Shown: positions 11,975 to 26,800 of the stretch, one piece after another | Layout: every line of letters starts with the position of its first letter | How positions within the stretch are numbered: the stretch's first letter is position 1 | Origin: Nymphaea colorata | Taxonomy: Eukaryota | NCBI RefSeq assembly: GCF_008831285.2 | Contig: NC_045138.2 | Span: 23,870,001 to 23,934,000 of the forward strand | Reading direction: 5' to 3' | Length of the DNA stretch: 64,000 nt | Notes under the pieces: model-generated | What the model was told of the DNA's origin: nothing | Database searches by the model: none | Seen by the model: only the letters and a program-made list of their open reading frames with translations | Made by a program: the position numbers and the translations under genes

Positions 11975-14189
11975 ATTTCACCATACTTTTCAGCAGAATT
12001 TTGGAATGGTAGTCTAGTCGACTTGGAGTACTGACATGCATCACACGACTAATTGTCAGTTGGGAACAAGAAATTTTACAGACCAATTAGATATATAACC
12101 AAGGCAAGAATGCCATAACCTATATTCTGAGACCTTTGTCATCATTCCAGTACATGCAAGCAAGTTGGTTTCAAGTTCATATAACATAACAGCACATTTT
12201 GCTCGTGACCTCTACTAATCACCTTTTGTGTTTGTGTCCTGAAAAATCACATCCTTGCAGAAGAAAATAGCTAAACAATCATGTGACAAGTAATTCTGCT
12301 AACTGATATGATATTGACATATAAAGAACACACAACTTTCTACTTTGCCCAAGAACTGACGACTCTCCAATGCCCTCAATATCAATGGGGTATCCGTCAG
12401 CCATGCATTTTCTTTTGTTTAATTCAATCAATTTTGAGAAATGATAGGTTATGTGATCAGTAGCTTTAAGAATATATTATCCACTCTAAATTATTTGAAT
12501 GAGCAAGAAGTGCTTGATACTTACCTTCAGGCGAGCTCCCAATGTGTTGGGGAGAATCATATTTGCCTTTGAAAATTGTTGAAATCATTTCTCCAACTCT
12601 CCCTTGTAACAAAGGTTTGCATAACTAGAGTTGTTTGAGGGGAACATTTTCTCCTGTGGTGGCCTGCTGACTAACTCCCATCGCTTTCACTAACGTGTCC
12701 ATTCTTCTTACAGTATGAACATTTCATTTTGCTTTCCAAATCCATGTCTTAACTTCAGATTTAGAATAATTGGTCTGCACCATGTGCTTGTGTGGCACAC
12801 AATCTTTCAATTAGAATGTCCAACAGCCTCATTTTTCTTCTCGGGATTCATTACTTTTCGATGGGAAACTTCCCTTTGAATAGTTTGACATAATTGAAGT
12901 TCTGCAATGCAGTAGCCATTAGAATCTAACTCCTAATGCCTTCAAACTTAGCACCAAGGCCAGCAAAAAATTTGAAGATTTTAGCCTCTTTTAGCCACTG
13001 CTTATAAACATCAGGCTCAGAGGTAGTGGGACCATACTGCATAAGTTCATCTCATAGGTCGCAGTGTCGACTTATGTACATGTGTATAGACTCATCTTCC
13101 ATCGAAAGCTTGGCTCTAATTGCATTTTGATACACCATAGCTAAGTTGTTTTGCTCCCCAAACACATTCTTAAGGTGTCCCATATTGTTTTCTCTTGATA
13201 GATAGAGAAACATATTTGAGTTGCTTGGTTCCATAGAGTTTATGAGCAAGACATAACTAAATTATTTTCAGATCGCCATTCCTCAAACTTGGGGTCTATT
13301 TTTGCAGGAGTAATCTTGCAGTTGATGTATCCGAATTTTGAACATCTGCCGAAGAACAACCTTGCTGCCTTGGCTAGGCCCAAGTAATTTGAACAGTTAG
13401 GGGTAGTACTGGTGATTTTTAATGGATAATTTGTTGATCAGTGCCGTCATTATTGGATCCACTGGCAGCGTTATTTGCTTTGATCTTCATTGTTTTCAGA
13501 TTCAGCCATGGCGAGGCAGAAGAGCAAGGGACCGACATCAGAAAACTTGCTTTGATGCCATATTAATGTGAAACAATGATAAGGGAAAAAAACTCAGGCA
13601 AAGAGCAAGTCACAAAAGATTTTACGAGGTTGGCCATTCATTTGTTGATCAGTGCCGTCATTCTTGGATCCACTGGCAGCGTTATTTGCTTTGATCTTCA
13701 CTGTTTTCAGATTCAGCCATGGCGAGGCAGAAGAGCAAGGGACCGACATCAGAAAACTTGCTTTGATGCCATATTAATGTGAAACAATGATAAGGGAAAA
13801 AAACTCAGGCAAAGAGCAAGTCACAAAAGATTTTACGAGGTTGGCCATTCATTTGTTGATCAGTGCCGTCATTCTTGGATCCACTGGCAGCGTTATTTGC
13901 TTTGATCTTCATTGTTTTCAGATTCAGCCATGGCGAGGCAGAAGAGCAAGGGACCGACATCAGAAAACTTGCTTTGATGCCATATTAATGTGAAACAATG
14001 ATAAGGGAAAAAAACTCAGGCAAAGAACAAGTCACAAAAGATTTTACGAGGTTGGCCATTCATTGATCATTGGTTCTTTCATACTTTCAACCAGTCGGAT
14101 ACAACCGCAGTTTATAATGCAATTACATGAAAGAGAATCTCTCGTGACAAACAGAACACCACAACGGTCGGCTGAAAATTTTCCTAACA
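11975..14189 (-). mobile_element. 3'-truncated, decayed Ty1/Copia retrotransposon (5' LTR ~13983-14189, PBS, gag, protease region, GAG-pre-integrase)
   Basis: Minus-strand fragments NYLGLAKAARLFFG..KFGYIN..DPKFEEWRSENNLVMS..LINSMEP (gag), LWHSCLG and CDACQYSKSTRLPF (pre-integrase), colinear with the Copia protein at 56-60 kb. PBS-like TGGCATCAAAGC at 13971-13982. LTR boundary ..CTAACA at 14189. No RT or 3' LTR found. Confidence 0.8.
13429..14064. repeat. Three near-identical tandem copies of a 211-bp unit
   Basis: Units begin at 13429, 13640 and 13851. This explains the identical ORFs at 13576 and 13787. Confidence 0.97.
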
Positions 14190-15862
14190 GCCTGTTTGGA
14201 TGGAAGGAGAGGGAGAGAAAGCAATGGAAAGAAAGGTCTTTCCTGTGTTTTGGATGACTAATTAATATGGAGGAAAAGGAAAGGAAGAGACTCCGAAGAC
14301 GACACCTACACCTGCCAAATAAGCGTAGCAAAGAGCCTCCTTTCATCTTGGTGGGTGCCATCAGAAACAGAAAACCCCTCCCCGACCAACGAATTGGTCA
14401 CTCATCAAACCCCTGGTTGCCGACTCCTATTATACGCAGATGAGAAGAGGATGCGGAGGAGGAAAAAAGGGATCAGAGGTGAAAATGAAAATCCTGATCC
14501 GTCAGAGCTGTTGGCCACAAGCCAACAAGCGATCTACAAGATGTCTACAGATTCTATGAGAGAGGGGGATGTCTGGAGAGCCGGCTGAAGACGGTCGCCG
14601 GCAATTAGATGGAGAGAAAAGCACCACTGGAACATCCAACAGGAAAAAAGACATGGCAGATGGGGTGGGAGCCATACACCTCCAACCCTCAGAGCTAGTT
14701 TTTAGGGGAAAATGTAGCAGCCACACGCCCCGTAGGTGGGGTGCGAGTTGTACAATACCCTGTGACTCTGCCTTTCAGGGTTTTTTAAAGTGATAATTGC
14801 AAAAGACATCCTTGTGATCCTTATCGCATCATGTTTTCAAATGTTAGTAATTTAACTGATTACTCATATATCTGGCTCCTATAATGATATGATTGCGTGC
14901 TATGCATATTTTCATGACATGCATAACTTGCATTCACTACATTTACACATGCTTTGTATGACGTATAATATGACAGACCAACCGAGTGTATGAAAATATA
15001 TTCATACGTTTATCTTTATTTACAGATAATTTTAACGTTTTGTAGCTGTGAATGAACATACTTTATATTTTTGACTGGTTTAAGGTCTTACCATGCACAT
15101 ATTGATTGTAAATAGCACCCTAATTAGTTTAGAGTGCCTTCAGACCCCACACACGTAAGGAGATCATTTCAGTTATATTTAATATTAAGATAGCGTATAA
15201 ATTGCAGTCCTCACGAACCCACTTTATGAAATCCCCTTATTTGCTTAAACAAATCATGCCCTGCACCAATTATGCAGTATTTTCTTGCATTAACTTCATG
15301 ACAGCAAATCGTGCTATATGCTAAGTGCATAGGCATAACTCGTGAACACCACCCTTATATTTGTGCTGCGCATAGTCAATTAACAATTTAAATAGGGGAA
15401 ACAGATATTTGGCTTTCGGAAGAGCAACTTAATATTGTTCTTGCTCTAAATAAATATCTAAAATTCAATTGAGGAAAGATAAACCAGAGTAAGCAATCCA
15501 ATGTCGTTGAATGTAACTCTCTCCCTCTCCCTGTGTGTGTGTGTGTGTGGAGCTGACCTCAGAGGAACGCCTAAGTGATGGCCGATGTGAGAGCCAAACA
15601 TGGCAGACCCTTGGGAAGGCATCCCATTAGCAAGACATAAACAGCAACATTTATGGCAAACCCTTGACAGCTGGGTAAATGTAATACATGATTCTCCACA
15701 AATGAAGGAGCCCAAAACCGTATGGAGCTCAGACAGATCCATATTACAAAGCACAAGACGGAAACTAAGGGAAAGAAATACCATGAACGGCAGGGAAAAC
15801 AGTATCCTGGAGTAGATCTTGTAACAAAGAAGGCAGAGGCTGCAAATATCACGTGTTCAGTA

Positions 15863-16827
15863 TCAAGCTGAGGGATTATCATCCGAGGATAGCGGCTTTC
15901 TACCCAAGAAGAAGTACATAGGCGTGAAGATCTCTTTCCTGGAAAAATTAGAAAAAGAACAAAACATACGTTCAGATCATTGTCACAGAAAACCCATTCT
16001 ACTTCAAAAATAGGTCATCCAAAAAGACCTGACTTCTTAAAAAAACGCCAAAAATGAAAAGAAGCCAAACAAACATTTAAAACACATTTTTTCAGTTTTT
16101 TTGGGCATTTTTTGTGCATTTGTTATCACTGCATTTTATTTTCACATTTTCTGCATTTTAATTTTAGGTTTTCCCTTTTAATTTTTTTTAAAAAACTTAC
16201 CAAGATTTTATTTTCACATTTTCTGCATCTTAATTATAGGTTTTCCTTTTTTAAATTTTTAAAAACTTGTTGAGATTTTCTCGTGTTTCCACTTTGTTGT
16301 TTTATACTGACAAAAACATCACCGTCTAAAACCCGAAAACATATTTGTGACAATAGTTTAAATATAGTTGGCAAGGCATCTAATTTTATCACCTGTGATG
16401 TACGATTAATGACTAACTAAACTCGAGAATAACACACCCCTGAATGAATATGAAAGTCAACTGCCTGTTCTCCAAACATCAGATAGTAAGCCTTTTGTTA
16501 TCTTCATGCAAACTGTATATCTTTCTGCTCCTTTTTGATGTTTTACAGTCTGTGAAGAAGACCACATGCAAGAAGAATGAAAAAGGAAGGCATATTTTAT
16601 ACTGCATTATCCAGAAGACGACCATATAGATGTCCGATGGCGATAGATAAAGCCTTTGTACTCATCCCTGACTTACAGGTCCGACAAAATTTTTCCTGCT
16701 TAATTGTGACCAATAAATCGATCTCTGAATTTTGCAGTTCGAAGAGATACCCTTGTAACTTTAACCATCAGAGAAGCCTTCGCTTAGTTATATATTCTCT
16801 GCAATAGGTTGTTGCTTCTCTCTCTCA

Positions 16828-16870
<43 letters not shown>

Positions 16871-17815
16871 CCTAATTACATCATTTACTCAAAGACATGC
16901 TTTTGTTGACAATGCTTAGGTAAATGATAAGGATAAATATACTATACTTGTCAAAGCAGGATTAGGCGTGATAATGAACCATAAATAGGGTATGAAAAAC
17001 AAAAACTTAAATATCGTCTGGCTTGCATATGTGCATTTGTTCTATATGCACAAGCACAGGTTGGAAGAATCACCATGTACTTTTGATTTTAGTCTCTGGC
17101 ATGACAGCTGCTTGTTTCAATGCGATGCACACTGTTTCATCATGCACTATCTTGGAAAGTGTGTGTGCGTGTGGATATCTGTACCTGACCTCAACGTCGT
17201 GTCCAGGTTATAGTCTAAACTTTTTACAAGAAACACACTGAAGTTTTGATGATATAACAATAATATGCTTAAGTTTGGATTTCTTTCATTTAACCGCCTG
17301 TTGCTTATGTAACCTAAGCACTTAAATGAAAATCAAAGCTTAAGCATATTTTTGTCATTTCACCAAAACTTGAGCATTTTTTGTAAAAATTTTAGTTTGG
17401 AGTCATTTGACAGCCAAGGATCTTAGATCTATGGATCTGATGTTGCAGGATGTTGCTGATATAGCAAAGAAAACTACAATTTATAGTTCATCAATCAGGG
17501 TGTTTCAAGCCAGAACTAAGAACCAGACTTAGATTATTTGGATGTTTTACAGCCATAAGGTTGGGGCTAAGGTCACAGGGAAGGTCTAATCCTAAATCCA
17601 TCGATTTCATAGTTGTGGATCTAAGATTTTATTAGATCACATTAAATAAGAGGAATCAAACACCCAGGGTAGAATTTACAACTCACCTTCCACCTGCAAC
17701 AAGACTGTCAGCAGCCTTCTCAAGGAATGCAGACACACGCTGGCTTCCTTCTGGTGCCAATCCTAGATACTCAAAAACCCTGACCTGGAGGTTCATAGAT
17801 AGTCAACCTGTCAAC

Positions 17816-17871
<56 letters not shown>

Positions 17872-20800
17872 ACAGTCTCCATACCAATTAAGATAACTAT
17901 GCTTGCACATGATTTAACACCAACCAACCCGTTTTTAGCATATGACCAAACTATACTATTTGGGTAGAGTTCATGCAGATGGCTGACATACCAAAGAAAT
18001 TCACTTTTTTATTTCTATATTAATAAAGTGAGTCGGAATCTTCCTTCTCAAATGAGATAATAGATCTTATCAGTAGCTACAGTAGAGGAAAAAGAAGCCG
18101 GAGGGTGAGGTCCTCGTACCATATTCTTAGTAAGGAAGCGACCAAGTGCTGTTAGACGGAAGCTGCTGAGAGAAATGTGACTTGTATCCAATGGCAAATA
18201 CCACGGGACAGGAGAATTGCGTGTAAGATCCATCTCTCTCACAACCTGCATGTCAAGCAAGAACCAGTTGTTTATTCAATCTCACATTTGTTGCTGGCAT
18301 CAAAACGTCCACTTGAGAAGAGTTAAAATAAAAACCAATCCAGTATCAACCGCTACCTCAAACCCAGCTTGCTTTAGAGCTTCCAAACACTGTTCAGTTG
18401 ATCTGACGTCTGGAAGGCCATTGCCCAGCTCTATCTCTGCCTGTTTTGAAGAAAAATATATTACTGGATTAAACACATATTCCATCATGTCCTCCTTGAA
18501 TGTGTCATTGGAAAGAGTAAGTTTTAAAATAATCGAACCAACAGCTGATGAGGAGAAACAAGCATTCAAAAAGTTGCTGAGTCGGCTGTAAATGTTGTGG
18601 TCGACTCAGCCTGACACATAACAAATCACAAGTGACTTTCAATTCGGCAGGTTATGTTTAATGGCACATTTTTTAAATAAAGAATCTAAGCCCTTGTAAT
18701 AATTTTGCCTTAAATATAAGAACCTAAAATTGAGAGTCCCTATTTCATCGCTTCTTTGTGCCTCCAGTAAGGGTTGGAGGAACCATCATCACCTGCTTTA
18801 TCTGTCTATCAACCAGATTCCGACAACTAAACCAGCAGGATGGTGATTTTGACAACATTACCAGCATCAACAAGGAATCCAAGAAACGCAATAGAAAATG
18901 TCATATTTCAGGCTTGGATTTTATTATTGCTATTTAATGTCTAATATCTAATATTTTATTGTGTAACAATATAACAGTATGTTGTTATATATGAAGTTCT
19001 AGTTACACATTACACACATAGCTTGTTAGCCTTGTCTAATAACCGCCATAAAAAAAACCAAATGTTAATGCCTGCAAAATGCTAATGTTAAAAGAAGGAT
19101 CTTTAAGGACCTCCTCACGACCACAAGGAAAGGATCATGGAGGAGAGTTTAGATCCATGTTGATAAGCAAAAAAAAAAAAAAAATAGAGCAAAATTTGGT
19201 TCACATATGAAACAAATGGTAGGCTTAAACATCATAGAACAATGTTGGATAAGAAGGCCAGGGATAAGTTGTGCTCAGGCATTGCATGGGTTCTCTATCA
19301 TCCATCAATTCCTATAAATTCAGTCAATCCACCTTACTTTGTGAAGATGATTGAAATTTGTTCATCAATAGGAATGGGTTTGAAGTTTCCATCATTATTT
19401 GAAATTTCTAGAATGATATCAAAAGAAGGAAGAAGATTAGTTAATATTTTAAAGAATATAAGAAATCATGATCTGAAACGGATTGTTCTTTTACAGTTAA
19501 TGCTAACGTTTATCAAAGCAACATTAATAAAGTTTTTGGTTCACTGTATAAAAGACATTTCTTAAATTGAGTTGATGCAATTCATATTACGAAGAATCAA
19601 GAGATTTTTTTTTTTTAATTTTTCAATGTACTGGTAAACATAGTAGGTGTCAACTGTCAAGCATATTGTTTAAGTACATCATTTTTTTTCTGTCTTTGTG
19701 ATATGTACTGAATTATGATATATTTTACATATCCAATGAGTTAATAACTTAATATTTAATAACCAATTATATTCTATGCAAATAATTCCACATGATGCAC
19801 CAATTATCTTGCAGCTGAAGAAATGTTAGAGAATGAGAACAAAATGCAAAAAAAAAAAAAAAAAAACAAAGAAAACGTTTGGACTCTTTTTGCAGCTCAT
19901 TGCCTAGATTTTATACATGAAATATCAATAAAATCAAAATAATAGCAGGATGTGTGGAAAAAAAAAAAAAAAGTTCATCTACAATCACAATTTTGCCTTA
20001 AATTTGAGGACTGAATTTCGTAAAAAGAAAGAGATTCTGCACTCAGTTGTGCGCCACTAACTTTGTCATGCTTGAATGTTTGTTAGAACATCGAATTGAC
20101 TGTAGAAAAATTAAATGGAGCATGTCAAAATATTCAACATTTACTAATGAAAAAGAAATTAAAGAAATAATATTGTTAATTTTTAGTGGGTTCGTAAATC
20201 AACTGTAACAATAGAGCCTCTAATCCATGTTTACAAATGGTCGTTGGAGAAGAAAATCCTACAATGAGATATATTCATGAAGCTATGGGTAGAGCCCAAG
20301 AGAAGACATTAAAAAAAATCAAGATAATGAAGAGAGAGAGAATGGAAAACTTATTGAAAAATAATTGACAATCAATAGTAAAATAAACCTCATCATCCTC
20401 TTCATGCAATTGCATATTATTACATCCTAAATCTGGATATAGTACACATTTTTTAAAGTATGTTATATGTTTATATTGCTTGATTTATGATTTTCCTAAG
20501 ATTTGAAGCTGTGTTGATACCTATTGTGATTCAAAAAGCATCCTAAGGTCAGGCATAGTTTCTTTCAACATATTAGAAAGTTGGAGTCAAATACCCAAAA
20601 GGAGTAAGGGCATCAAGATCACAGGCAGTTTAGATCCTCTACTTATTCAACCTAATAGTATTTATTTGCATCTTCTATCTATCTTTAGCATGAGTTATTT
20701 AAAGATATAAGCTCAAATGTTCATAGTTCAATAGCTATAATAACAAGAGAAGAGGACAAGACAAGTGATGGGTGTTTTAAGTGTGCATATATTTTGCACT

Positions 20801-23800
20801 TGTTGGGTTTAATTGAGGACTTCTCTAGTCAACTTAATATTTTTGCGTATTTGGAATTTGAATTATAATATGCCAATGATCAGAGAATCTAAAAGTGGCT
20901 GGAAGGGGATTGTTGAGATTTCAATCTTGTTCGCTGTTAAGGGAGAGTTGTTTTGGCATAGTGGAGATAGCTTGGAAAATCCCTGTGCGTGCATGTCCAA
21001 TGGTAAGAGTTCTTGCAAAGCTTGCAGCAGTGAGAAGTAAATTGGCTGTCTGGAACCGAACAGTTTTTGGCAATGTGTTCCAAAAATGTTCTGCTGTAGT
21101 GCAAGAATTAGAAAGACTTCAGTCAAGGTCTGGTTTGGGAGTTATGTACGATATCAACTATGAGTTGATTATTAGACAAGAGTTGGAATTATGCTTGCTG
21201 GAGGAAGAATCATATTGGAAACAATGTTATAGAGCTTGATGGCTTAAAGATGGGGATAAAATCTTCTCATTCCTTCATAAATGTGGTTAATAAAAAGCAA
21301 TGCAACAAGATTACTGAGATATAATGGAATGGTTATGATGTTTCTGATCCTCCATCTATGTTTGTTTGACTTTACTTGATGTTAGTTTGACTTATCTCTA
21401 AATTATACAAGTAACCAATCATTCTACAACAACTCAATGCTCAAATCACAGGTAAACTATTGTTTTCCTTTTAGAAAAAATAGTTAACAAACCCCTATAT
21501 ATATATATAGGTATGAAAACTAGCTACATGATTAAATGGACAATTTATGAAAATTAAAAGTAATGCAGTCAATTTAGGAATATCAAATGCCATTCACTAG
21601 ATGTAACACAGTAACAACCATCAAATACCTAGACCTAAAACAAATTCGAAGTTCCATGTGCATGTGGGAATCAAATTTGCCATAAAATAAGTCTCACGGT
21701 GAGCCTAGGTGTTGAAGAGCACAGCTAATATTATATAAAGCCTAAGGTTGGCTGTCCTAAGCAACCTGCCTCGTGAAAATGCTTACATCATGGCTAGGGT
21801 ACTTGGGTGTCCAATAATCTATATCTTTTTCTCTGTAATAACCTAGAAAATCTTTTGTATGTCTAATTTTTCCTTTTCCACCCTTTTCGTCTACTTTAAG
21901 AAACAGCTTTTTTTCTTTTTCTTCTTTTGGTTCTGTCTTCTTTCTCTCTTTTTTTTGTTGTTCTGCAAATCTTCCTTTTCGCATATAGCATCTCATAAAC
22001 CATGATATAAGTTGATCTATTAACTGATAATAAGTTCAGAAAGTCCTGAACACATACGTACACATCTATGCATGCCTGCCTAGGCTGGTTGTTCCTACAT
22101 GACCTATATAAAAATGTTCAATAGCCTACATTTTTTCTTCAGAACTTGGAATTTTTGTCTTTGTCATCTCTTTTATTTTTCTTTTTTTCTTTCTTCCTCT
22201 ACTATTAGAGGCAGTTTTCTCACTTTCCTGCCTCTTCTTCTTTGTTTTTTTTTTTATGCAGATCTTCCTCTTTTCATTTTAATATGCCCACTGATATGCA
22301 CTACACTGGTTCAGCCAAACTGAATGGTACACAAACATGGATACTCGTATAGTTCGCATGCTATTATATTCTTTCTTGTTAAGATGGAATTTGTGATTAT
22401 ATTGAGTATTTATGTTCCCCTTTTCTTTTAGTTCAATTACTGAAATTAGGTTATAGTCACAGGCTTTAGGCAACAAAAATAAAAATGAGTGATTTAGCAA
22501 TTGGTACCTAGCAAAGTACAAGATTTTGCAGATTCAGTAATGATGAATAGCATTGATGTCAAAATGAAAATTTGCTGTTCATATCTTATTTAACCTGCAA
22601 AGTTCAATTGTTACATTTTATTGAATTTGATCTTTATACTCCAAATTATGCCTACTATTGTGTATAGAATGTTTAATGTGTTACGTATTAGTGTGGTTGT
22701 AGACATTGATTTGAAGTGTTCTCAAAAAACGCAGGGAGACCGCCTTACATATAAACATACATATTATATATCTATATATATACAGTAAGAATAAGATTAA
22801 ATTTTTAATAAAAAAAACATATGTTTCATTGTTTACATTTATAAAGCATAGATTTACTAAATAAAATAGCAAAATATACCAAAGAACATACAAAACAAGC
22901 CTATTATGCCCTTTATGAGCATCCATGTCGACATGGGTTTGGTGCCCTTGCAGAAGAGTCCATGTGATGTACGTGCATTTTAATTCTTCCACTGCTACAA
23001 GTTGACAGTCACAAAGTCTTCATTGATGATTCAGTTTCATTGTTGATTTTACCATTTAACTTTTCTATTTGGTTGATTTGCTTTTTTCCCCCCAGTTCTT
23101 GAGACCACTTAATGCACCTCAAACCACCCAATCTCTTTTGGTGCTCACTTTCAGCACCTAAGCTGCATCAGATGCCGATTAAGAACATAGAATAAAATTT
23201 CAGGATTGTAGGAAACTTATTTCAGGATTGTAGGAAACTTATTTGGTAAACTTCATGCAATATTTACTTGCAACTTAAATATTAACCATCTAAACCAAAT
23301 AATAAGAACAAAGAATGATCAGGGAACAGGTAGTAAAACAAAATGGCACGCACCAACAATGTTGCAGCAGGATCTAACCTTTATTTTCTGGTGTTCAGCA
23401 TTGCTAGGATCATAGGAGTCTGTCATACACCACTCATATGCAGCAAAACATTGACCAGGCTTTAGCACTCGATAGATCTCCTTGTAGCATCCAAGCTGTT
23501 GCTCACACATAACGAGTTTCATGAAACCTTATCATAGCAAACTTTCAGCATAAACACTATCGTATAAAAGAAAGAAGGCTATAGAAAGAAATACATACTG
23601 CATCTGGAGCATGGCAAGTGGCTTCAATGGCATATATTGCATCAAAACTATTGTCAGGAAAAGGTATATTCATGAAGTCAGCCTGCAACAAAATGTGAAA
23701 AGTCAACGTGACTAGTTGCCAGTCAACCAAAATTTACAAAAATATGTACTGTTATTGGAGTTTAAACTATAAAGCAAAAGACGAACATGGTGAGAGCTAG

Positions 23801-26800
23801 ACAAAGGAGAAAAAGAGAAGATGGTCTGCATATTTAAGGCTGACCCACCTTTACAAAGTTGCAGAATTTGTCCACTCCAGCTATGTGGTTAAGTGTCTGT
23901 CATCAGATGAACAAGATATACAGAAACCTTTAAAATCAAACCACAAAGTTCGGCAAATGCCTATATATGAAAACTTACGAACACATAGGAAAGAGTACAG
24001 AACTCTGCATTCAATATAAAGTCACTACATTTTTTAGGTTTCTCAGTACTTATCTGTAATTGAAGATCACAAAAAACACTATTTCATGATATTGGCATGT
24101 GTATGTGAGAAATATCTCGGTCAATGCATGGTGAAGGAAATGTGTTGTCCTTACACATTGATATTCACCTCAATTTTTCAATCCAAGTTTCTAAAATTCA
24201 CAACCTTATTATACTGCAACCCAAACGGGCTATGTGGTTAAGTTTAAAAAATTTTAAAAACTAAAAAATAGGGGAAAATAAAGTAAGTGAGAAACTAATA
24301 ACACAAACATCAGAAGATAATTAAATTTGCAACAAATAAAAATAGAAAATGAAAAAAAACCTGTTTGGCATTAAAAAAACTGAAAAAGTAAAAAAAAACG
24401 TGTTAAAAAACGAGTTAAAAACACGTTTTTTTAGTTTTGAATTTTTTTTAAAAAAAAACACTCCTTTTTTAGTTTTAAATGGCCATTTAATTTAGCATTC
24501 GAAAAAAAACGTGTTTTCTGAGAAAGTAAAAAACATATGTAAAACCAAACAGCTCTGAATGATTCCTAAATTTCTAAAACAAATTCAAATCTTCCGAAAA
24601 TAATGACCAAAGAAAATGAAAGGATTCTTACAGTTCCTCTTGTTATTTGGTATTCGTTGTTGTTCAACCCTGTAACAGATGCAAGACTGCAAATAACAAA
24701 AACATATGTAAAACCTGCATAGTCTTTGTATCAATTTATGGTTGTCAATAAAAGATAGGAAATATTAGTTGCATACAACTAACATTTCAAGTCCAATGTA
24801 ATAAACTATATCACGTAGGTGCAGGTGCAGGTGCCGATGCATCATTAAGGTACGAGTGCATACAGACACACACGAAAGGTAACAACTAACAGTTGTAGTT
24901 TAGTATTCACCAATCCACAAGCAGCAAAATAGCAAACAGTCAAATGCAAACATCACTTTTTGCCTTCATAAATTCTAGACGAGAAGCATGGTTTTTAACT
25001 TTTTAGTGGAAATAGCATGCTAAATCCAGTAAGCTGTATGGTTTCCTACCTATATATACACCACTGTATAGAATCATACCTAACTATATTATTGCACTAG
25101 AGAGGGACTGAGAGAGAACCAGATGATGCATGCATCACAAAAGCAAAAATTTCTGGAACTTGAAGTACAGAATACTGAGACGAAACACAGAGAGAAAGGA
25201 GAAAGAGAGATATGCATATATACCATAAGCGCAAAATCGTTTCTGAAACTTGATGTAAGCATCCTAAAATCCAAACAGACAGAGGACAGCAAAAAAGTAC
25301 AGAAACCAGAACTTGAAAGGAGAAAGCATTGCTGGTTAGGTGGAGACCCTTGGACCTGATGGCTCATAGAGAGAGAGAGAGAGAGGGAGAGAGAGTTGCA
25401 AGGAGAGTTTTCACTTTCACCAAACCCCTTTTTACTTTTTCTTTTGGTTATCATTTGTTGTCAAAAAGTTGGACAGTGTTAGACTTGGTCAATGTTGACC
25501 TAGCTTAAGCTAAGGATAGAAAGACCCATTGTGCACCCATGGAAATTTCACTGCACACAACTTGCCAGTATCCTACCAAACCTTACATGAAACCATCGTG
25601 CAGACAACCACAATGTAGGTGCTTCACATCTTGGCATACCCATACAAGCACCAGCATGGTGCGGTAGTTTAGTAGGTGCATCCATGTGACTTAGATTATA
25701 AAGTTCATATACTTGATAAAGAAGACTGATTATAAATAAAAGTGTGAGACATCTAAAATCTGAAGTAATCAAACAAAAAAGATGGCATTTCATATAGCAT
25801 TCTTTCTACACTTAAATTATACTGAAGGTACTATGGTTTTAGCGTTGAACAACTTCTGGTTAGGAGGTCCAAGCATTTTCTGGAAGAACGTCATGAATAA
25901 AGTTTCTCAAATTGTGAAATTCATGCCTGCCAATTCTTTGGCTGCTCAACCTAATAATAAAACAGAATAGGAAATTTCCTCCCATTCTTTAAGTAATGAG
26001 CCAATTGACCTAGTTTATTGTAGAAAATGAAAATTCAGACACGCTTTTGTCAGAATAGTTCACATGAAATGAAAGCACAAAACATTACCTGAACCTAGCA
26101 ATTTCTCGAAGTGGTCCTCCGATACCACAACCAACATCCAACACCTACAGCTTGGAAATGTTTATATTCCACACTAACAACTATATAAATGCACAGAACC
26201 AACTGGGCAGTAACTAATGAAAATATTATTAATAGATACACCTTCATCCCAGGTTCCAGACGAAGTTGTAAAGCAAGAAAATGTTCATGACGCTTGATGC
26301 TTTCCTGAAGAGACTCCTTTTTCCATCTACAAGATGTTTAATGTTTAGTAACTTTTACAAAGCAAACAGTATCCACAAAGATATACATGCAGATATAAAT
26401 AACCATCAAACTTATAACCATTAGCAACAGATCTTGTATGTGGACTTATACTCAAGAAAAGTAATTCAATATCTGAATTAACCAAAGCTCCTGATAAATA
26501 GGAGAAAATAGGCATACAACCTTGGAGCAAAATGAAAAGATTCTCCCCAACCAAATTCATAGAAGCTAGTCGAAAGATCATAGTACTTGTTCACCTGGAA
26601 GAGGGAAAAGAAACATACATGTCAAAGCAAGAATAATCACAAGCACTTTTAATAATTCCAAAATGCTAAAAAGAGATAAAAATAAATATCCTCTCAAGAT
26701 TGACGAGGCATAAACATATTAACAGACAATAAGCACACAAATATGCATGTTAGACAACAGAAATAAAATATCTCAAGCTTCCACTTTGTTTCTTTTTTAC

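Noticed and set aside
13576..13993. Two identical 68-aa ORFs
   Set aside because: By-product of the 211-bp tandem repeat, on the antisense strand of a retroelement.
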